Of a stretch of DNA of 64,000 nucleotides, positions 55,466 through 64,000 are shown piece after piece; position 1 is the stretch's first letter, and each line of letters opens with the position of its first letter. The stretch comes from Octopus sinensis. Taxonomy: Eukaryota. The stretch is from positions 84,010,001 to 84,074,000 of the forward strand of contig NC_042999.1 of the NCBI RefSeq assembly GCF_006345805.1, read 5' to 3'. Below the pieces are notes generated by a model that worked only from the letters and a program-made list of their open reading frames with translations, ran no database searches and was not told the DNA's origin. The translations under genes and the position numbers were made by a program.

Positions 55466-55904
55466 TGTAGTGGTCTTGTACGTACGTATGTATGTATGTA
55501 TGTATGTATGTAAGTAAGTATGTATGTATGTATGTATGTATGTATGTATGTATGTATGTATGTATGTATGTATGTATGTACACACATTGTCAGATACATA
55601 TATTAGTAGCAAACTTGAAAAATGATTCCTTAACGCCGCATTGGTTGAGAAAGAATTTCTTTTAACAGAATTCGCGTGTCCGATGCCATGAGTTTCGTAG
55701 GAATATATTCTCGGTTAGTGAGTTAGATCTGGGATAATGCGCCAGTCATATTAATATGCGTATGGCACGAAAGTTTGCGAGATTTTCCTCAAAGCTAGAT
55801 GTGCAGAAACCAATGGAATAAATGTATGTAATTTCATAAATGGCTCATGTAATCCATGGTGCCCTTGTACTTTGTAATGTCTAAACTGTGAGAATAAAAT
55901 AGTT

Positions 55905-56935
55905 TTATCCTATCCTATCCTATCCCGTGGTTGAGTTGTCGTTGGGATATTCAGTGATGACATCGCAACCAGGTTTTGCCACTTCTCTCTGTCTTCGGCT
56001 GCTATCTGTGAGTCGGCAAAACTGACTCCTGTCCACACATTCATGTTACAAGCTCATATTTTCTTGGTCTGCCTTACTTTCGTTCTCCTTCATCTAGGCC
56101 TTGAAGAATTGCCTTTAATAAGACGGGACATCATGTGACACGGTCATAGCATTTCAGTTTTCTTGTTTTTACAATTGTTAACAGCTCCATGTCTGGTCCA
56201 ATAGCCTCAGTTATCATGATCCTCACTTCGTTATTTCTCATATGTTCTTTGCACGAGATATCTAAGAGCCGTCTGTAGCACCTCATTTTCATTGCACTTA
56301 CAATTTTTTCTAATTAATGTCCAAGCCTCGAAGCTTCACAGAAAGCTGGAAGTCACAAGTTACCGCATCTGCATAACTTTTGTGTAGAACCTAATGGTAT
56401 TATTTTTCCAGATTGACTATGCAATTTCTGAAAGGATTTCTGGCCTGTATTCTTCGCCGGTAACGATAGCTGTTGGGAATTTGAACTTACCAATAGTTTC
56501 AAGTTTTTGTCTGTTTACGGTGATGTCATTTATAACGTATTCTGGATTATTGCTGGTCATGGTATTGGTTTCCTCTGCACTTACATCCATACTGTTCGCG
56601 TTTGAGGTACTGTAGAGTAAGATTTCCAGCTCTGCTTTTGTTCTTGCCAGGACACCAATTTCGTCGGCAAATCTGAGGTTGCTGGTGATTCTTTCTCCAA
56701 TGCTGACAGTGCTTTTATGATTTTTGAGTGCGTCTAATATGACTTTTTTCTAGGAAGTTGTTGAAAAAGGCAGGTGAGAGCAGATATCCTTGACATACAC
56801 CTAAGTTATTCGAAACCAGTTACCGATGGTTCCCTTATAGCGGACAACACAAGTTGCATTCTCGTATAGTTGGTGACTTCAATCTTGTTGTAATTTTCCA
56901 TTGTGGTTGATGATCCTATAGGCCAGAATACAAGA
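55905..56935 (-). pseudogene. RTE-clade LINE 3' remnant with (GGATA)n tail
   Basis: Minus GVCQGYLLSP..., SNLRFADEI, EAWTL...MRCYRRLLDIS...NNEV, ILQG...GRPRK. Confidence 0.88.
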
Positions 56936-58164
56936 TTATCAGAATAATATAGAACTGGAGTAATTGCTCTCAACGCCTTGTATACATATTACTATTTCTA
57001 GGATATATTTGCAATATATACTCATCCCTATTTCCTAGGCAATCCGTATATTCTACTCACACTTATCCAGCTACGTTGTAGTAACACTGTAACTACCTAC
57101 TGATTCCACTTCACAGTTGGAAAGCGGACATGGCTATATAATGCGAACAAAAGAAAGACGTAGCAATATATTTGTGTATGCATGGGCAACAGATGTTCTG
57201 TTTCTATATTAATTATGATATAAAAAAATAATACCTAATTCTAGACAAATCGCAAGGGAAACAATTGATACACCACTCAGTGGATGTTTCTTCAATTCGA
57301 AAGCATTTTTCCATTTGCCACTTCAAAATCTCATATTCTTCGAAACTTCACAGTACGTCATGGCACACTCTCGGCAATTAAAATAACGGAATCGTCATCA
57401 TTATCTAAATATGGAACTTATTCACACGAAATGTAATATAATGAACTATTGAATTACAGACACACACACACACACACACACACATAAATATATGTGTGTA
57501 TGTTTGTATATATATGTATACACACACACTCACACCTATACATATGCATAGTCATAATAAAAATACCGGAAAAACAAAATGAATTTTCAAAATCTGTTTA
57601 ACCAAGTTTCGTGCTGTTACGCTGCCTTCGGAAAGAGGGTGAGGGGAAAGTTGGAGTAAACAACTGTTGATAACCCGGTTTTCTTAAAGCTGTAAAGAAT
57701 ATGTAACTCTCCTTTATATATTAACGTATTAACATAGATATGCTTGAATGTGTGCATGTGTGTATGTTTCGGTGTAGGAGAGAACATGCATGTGTAGTTA
57801 TGTGTATTCATAATGCAAAATTTTATAGATACAATATGATATATACTTACATAGAATGGAGGTTACATTTTGCGTAGATGAAAACGCGGTCAATATTATA
57901 TATTAAAAGTAAAATATACAAAAGCAGCGAAATAAGTGGAGGAAATAGCTCATAATTGTTCGTCTTCTGTGTGCATAAGCATTTCTTATTAAACATGTAG
58001 GTATACATAAATCTATCTCTCTATCAGTCTATCTATCTTTCTATCTATCTCCCAATTTCTGTCTCTCTCTTTACATATATATATATACACGTATGTTCAT
58101 GTGTCTGCATGCACGTATGTCTCAATGTATTTATATATGTTTATGTGTGTATTTGTGTGTATTT

Positions 58165-58219
<55 letters not shown>

Positions 58220-58613
58220 TATATACGTTTATGTGTATGTATATATCGGCATTTCCTACAGTATCTTATTTTGTGTGATTGTCCGTGTGTTTTTGAATCT
58301 ATCATATAAAGCAAGCATGCATATGACTTTATTGCAGTGAAGCTTATTGTTAATATAGAAATATATTTCCGTCCTGAGAGGCAACTATTGGTTGAACATT
58401 TAATAATATTCTTCCTTTATTCTCCACATTTTTTAACTCTATCTTCTATTCAATTCTCGTATGGTATACACTGTTTATTTATATTGCAATATTCAATACG
58501 TTTATCTATTTTGCTGGAGATGTCTGCATGGGTTTATCAAAGTTTAGCTTAATCAGATCTTTAGAGGATTTTACATATCCCAAAAGTTATAAACAGCCCC
58601 GAATACAAACATG

Positions 58614-58678
<65 letters not shown>

Positions 58679-58979
58679 TACATACAGACATAGATGCATA
58701 CATTCATGCAAACATACATACATGCATATACCTATATACACACATATATATAGGTATGTATGTATATTTAGTGTGTATTTGATATGTTTAATTCTGAGTT
58801 ATCTTTGACGTTTATCAATTGTTCATCAAGTTAAATTTTTCACTGAGGCTGCATTCCTCATATATTCATGTTTAAGTCTTGAACCCTCTCTTTCACATGG
58901 TTTGAGTGTGTGCGTGCGGGCATGCGTGCTTGTACACACACAAACATATATATATGTATGGATGTATGTATATATGTAA

Positions 58980-59073
<94 letters not shown>

Positions 59074-59114
59074 CACCTGCCTTCGTCTTTTGTCTATTTT
59101 CATAAAGCTTCCCG

Positions 59115-59205
<91 letters not shown>

Positions 59206-59206
59206 C

Positions 59207-60132
59207 AAAAAATTTTATCAATGGCCAGCATATCAAAAATACCTTAAAATGTTAAATTTATAAATAATTTACAAGATAAGGGCATAAGAAAAATTCTAAT
59301 GCCAAATATGCCGAAAAAAAGACAAAACTTTTCAATAACCATTATAATTTATGCGTCTCGAAACAAACCGATAGAAATCTCTAAAAAATTCGTTATTACC
59401 GTTATTACCGTATTGGTCCAACTTCGGGGTTAATTAATAATAAATTTTCCCCACTTCAGCGGCAGATACGTGAGATATAAGTGAAATACTTACTCATACC
59501 CATGGAAAAATCAAGCACTAAGTCCTGAGCAGAACTAAGTTCCTCAAATATATCCAAAATAGAAAAATCTTCGGCACATCTCGAGACACGTGTGATTCGA
59601 ACTAGAAACTTTCACAGAATGAGAGAATCCGGCATTAGAATTTTTCTTTTGCCCTTATCTTGTAAATTATTTATAAATTTAACCTTTAAAGGTATTTTTT
59701 GATATGCTGGCCATTGATAAAAATTTTTTCCGAAAAAAATTTTATCCTACATTAGTTTATAAATTGAATAGTGTTCATTTCCGGATTCTCTCATTCTGTG
59801 AAAGTTTCTCGTTCGAATCATACGTGTCTCGAGATGTGCCGAAGATTTTTCTATTTTGGATATATTTGGGGTACTTAGGTCTGCTCAGGACTTAGTGCTT
59901 GCTTTTTCCATGGGTATGAGTAAGTATTTCACTTATATCTCGCGTATTTGCCGCTGAAGAGGGGAAAATTTATTATTAATTAACCCCGAAATTGGACCAA
60001 TACGGTAATAACGAATTTTTAGAGATTTCTATCGGTTTGTTTCGAGATGCATAAATTATAATGGTTATTGAAAAGTTTTGTCTTTTTTTCGGCATATTTG
60101 GGATTAGAATTTTTCTTTTGCCCTTATCTTGT
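59207..60132. mobile_element. Nested foldback + partial-tandem non-coding element (pLTR/retrozyme-like, ~470-nt monomer)
   Basis: 59207-59303 inverts at 59631-59729; 59271-59632 inverts at 59781-60132; 59631-59662 repeats directly at 60100-60132. Confidence 0.88.
59945..60010 (+). ncRNA. Type I hammerhead ribozyme motif, fully canonical core (AUA cleavage, after 60002)
   Basis: TATTTGCCG-CTGAAGA-GGGG(19 nt)CCCC-GAAA-TTGG a CCAA-TA-CGGTAATA. Confidence 0.8.
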
Positions 60133-60153
60133 ATATATATATATATATATATA

Positions 60154-60215
<62 letters not shown>

Positions 60216-61885
60216 GTGTGTGTGTGTGTGTGTGTGTTGTGTGTGTGTGTGGTGTGTGTGTGTGTGTGTTAAGAGAGAGAGAGTAAATGCAAGAATTTGA
60301 AATTTCCCTTACCAGATCTTGAATTTTCCAATATAGCATCTTGTATTTTGGGGTAGTACCTGATTCACCTGCTAACCTGAAGTTTCCAATTCCAACAACA
60401 TCTTTCTTTCTACAATGATATAGACTAGACATGGGTAATCTATTTTCTCAGAAGTGGGTTGCATGAGACTTACTATTGGGCGAGTTGTACTCCTTAAATT
60501 TCCAAGGAATCCGGCGAGCTGCCCACGATTTGTGTATAGGTCTAGACTTCTCAGAATTACTATTACATACTACATATGTTTTGTAAAAGCACAAAAAACT
60601 TAAATATACATAGTTCATATTGACGTAATCCAAATACGGCACCCATACACACTGTTGGTGTTTTTTAAATTCCAATGATGAGCTTTGGACATTAATCAGA
60701 ACCTGGTAAGAAATCTTGAAATAAAACTGCATAATGACATACATACATAATCTTACAAAATCGGATATGTGTGTGTGTCTGTATACAAGTGTGTATATGA
60801 ATATGTGTATGTATGTAAATATATATATATATATGTATATATGTATATATGTATATATATATATATGTATATATGTATGTAGGTATATACATATATATGT
60901 ATATATGTATGTAGGTATATATGTATTTATGTATATGTATGTGTATATATATCATTATTCAGTTTTCTCTCAAGATTTCTTACCAATAGTGAAAGACCTA
61001 GATCCAAGTCTCATTCATCGGAATATCGAACACACCCACAGTGTATTTTGACTTGTATGAGTGTATGCGTGCAGTATACACTCAGAGTTTTGTGTTTTGT
61101 TTTATGTATGCATTCTCGTGCATATAGTTTCATGTCTAGACATGCGCACATACCATTAAAAGGTAAACCTCTGGAAAGTTTTACAACGTTTTACAGTTCC
61201 AGTAATAGCTTGGACCTCTAATATTCGAATTAGCTTCTCGTTTCTGAGGCTGAGAATATTTATATATATATGTATACATATGTGAATGTACATCTAAAGA
61301 GAAGCATAAGTACATTAATTAAGGGATCTGGACATAGACTGATATATATTATTGGTAAGGAAATTGTGAGTGCTTAAAATACTTTAAAAACTTCTTAATA
61401 AATATTCGTTACATCATAACGAACTTTATTTGAATATATGAATGCTATCAGCAATAATACTGATATCGCATAATTACTACTAAGTTTTAAATTACAAATT
61501 AGAAATTCGATGTAAAAATATAACTCAAAATGCAAAATTTATTCAAAAATATTTATTACAAAATTTAGTATGATACGGATGGCATGAATGATACATAAGT
61601 TTCAATTCAATCTGATATCTCTTAATTACTAAGAAAAATTGGTAACATCAAAATATGTGCAAAAATCTCGACTCATATTAAGACATAAGGAAAACATAAT
61701 TTAAATTATATATTTTAATCTTCATAATTATTACCTTGGATATCTTAGGTATAATAAGACATTCGCAAGGTGAAATTTAAATATCATTTTATAATTTCAA
61801 AATTAGAAGCGATTAGTACAGGTGATATAAAATAAAGTGTTTTTTTTTTCTTTTTAAGAAACATGTTTAACTATGCAATGTGTAT

Positions 61886-61932
<47 letters not shown>

Positions 61933-61953
61933 TATAATATATATAATATATAT

Positions 61954-61987
<34 letters not shown>

Positions 61988-62001
61988 ATATATAATATAT
62001 A

Positions 62002-62057
<56 letters not shown>

Positions 62058-62349
62058 GGGGGGAGAGAGAAAGAGAGAATACTCATTTTTAGTGGTGATA
62101 AACATTACCTGTCAGGCTAGATACGCTTTCTTCTGTCTCATAGATATATTCTTCGCGAGTTTGTATGCTCGTCGTAAGATCAATGACTGTGTGTCACTTA
62201 TTTTCCATATATTGCAGACCGGAGTGAACTGCTGCTATGTTTAGCAGACGGGTATCTGTTATCGAGGATGACCATAATAAAGTCGAAACCGCGCAGTCTG
62301 GTGATCTCATGGCTGGAATAGTACGAATTACTTCCCCGCTTGCAAAATA

Positions 62350-62804
62350 TATTGAGTCATATAGACTCATAATAGCCGGTTTCCCGGTTTCTGTGGCGCA
62401 TATATTCCCGACTGGGACGGGACGCCGGTCCCTTGAACGATTACTCATTGTTGGAGGCTGAGTAGACTGGTGCAACGTGAGGTGAAGTGTTTTGCTCAAG
62501 AATACAATGTGTCACCCTGTCCAGGAATCGAAATTACAATCCTTCGGCCATGAGTCCAAAGCCCTAACCACCAAGCTACGCGTCATCCGGTCCAGGAATA
62601 TCCTAATCCTAATCCTACGTTCATGAGTCCAAACCCCTAAACACTAAGCCACGTGACGTCCGGCCCAGGTATCAAAATCCCAATCTCACAGTCATAAGGC
62701 CAAACCCCTAACCACTAAGCCACGCGTCACTCGGTTCAGGACTCGACATCACAATCTTACGGTCATGAGCCCAACACCCTAACCACTAAGCCACGCTTCT
62801 CCAC
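62350..62804 (-). mobile_element. tRNA SINE with four tandem tRNA-like heads
   Basis: Four 71-75-nt units at 62515, 62586, 62659 and 62730, each with an A-box-like TGGCTTAGTGG and a variably decayed B box on the minus strand, followed by one SINE body. Confidence 0.85.
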
Positions 62805-64000
62805 ACTCTAGGATATACAACACCACAATGTTATACACAATAAAGCACATACATCTGTTACTACTACAATAAATTGATCATGGGACTTTAACGGTGTAGA
62901 ATATGATTAGTCATTCATCCAACCATCACTAATTAATTTTTATAAAGAAATTACAGTCAGTTGTAACGGTGTTAATTAATACTACTTACTATACCTATCT
63001 AAAATGCCACCACTCACTTCTTCAAGAAGTTAACAGGCAGATAGGTCTGACTTTCACAGAAACATGTATAGACTGCACATTTTTATCGGCTCCACGGACA
63101 GGAACAACCCGGCCAAGGGTGTTATTCATGCGAGACTGTCAATTTTCAAGTAAAAGATTTATATATACCCACCCTATCCAGCGTATTCTGTTCTTTACCG
63201 AAAGATGTCTGCATTTTGTAAAATATATAATTGATATTCATTATTATTACTAAATTATTGCACGAGCACACACGCGCACACACAAACACACGCACGTGCA
63301 CACTCACACAATCATATATTTGTCTGTTTGGCTACGTTGCATTGCATGTCCCTCTAAAATTGATGAGTTGCTTTTATCCATCCCAATGTCTAAAACATCC
63401 TATGCTTTTCACTGAACATCACGTAAACATGCATACGCACGTACACATATTTCATAACAATGGGCTCTAAGAGCAAGGGATGAATCTGCCAGTCAGCGAG
63501 ATATATTGAACTTTCCAATATCCGAATTATACATAAGCAGATTAGCTCTGTTATGATTAGGACTCACACAAGTGGAAAAACATCGACGTGCATACAAATA
63601 TGTAAATCGTCAGCGAGACTGCCGCGTAGAAAAATAATCATATGTATTTTTGCGATAGCTTACATGTATGTGTATGCATTAATGCTTGTATATGACGTAC
63701 ATACAGCTTCTAGATCTATTTGCCTGTCTGACTCCAGTGTGTTTATCTGTCTGTCTATATATATATATGCATATATGTATGTATATGTATGTATATGTAT
63801 GTATGTATGTATGTATGCATGTATGTATGTATGTATATATATAAGTATATATACATATATACATATATATATATATATCTACATACATATACAGTATATA
63901 TATACACGCATACACACGCGGGCGCCCGCGCACACACACGCACAAACACACACACACACACACATATGTATATACATATATGTGTGTGTGTATGTGTGTG

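Noticed and set aside
62515-62804. tRNA gene cluster or telomeric CCCTAA repeats
   Set aside because: Cloverleaf stems are degenerate, the units are fused to a SINE body, and CCCTAA occurs once per unit as part of the D-arm region.

Overview
Eukaryotic, AT-rich, extremely microsatellite-rich intronic/intergenic DNA. The SINE families resemble what I recall of the octopus OK/OR group, so a cephalopod (probably Octopus) source is inferred. I found no convincing host protein-coding exon; almost all ORFs in the track are translated (TA)n/(CA)n/(TAGA)n/triplet repeats. The window is a transposon graveyard: a ~2.9 kb 5'-truncated CR1-type LINE, RTE and R4/Dong LINE remnants, about six Penelope-like (PLE) RT or GIY-YIG remnants, mariner/Tc1 and piggyBac remnants, a Helitron-like element, MITE-like elements and tRNA-derived SINEs. 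The most notable signal is about ten type I hammerhead-ribozyme-like motifs (CUGAnGA-stem II-GAAA-palindromic stem III-UH). Several sit in non-coding foldback or partial-tandem elements that look like PLE pseudo-LTRs or retrozymes, including a ~470-nt and a ~785-nt permuted monomer family. All calls come from reading the sequence by eye; boundaries are approximate and no database search was run. Scattered 1-nt indels suggest an imperfectly polished long-read assembly.
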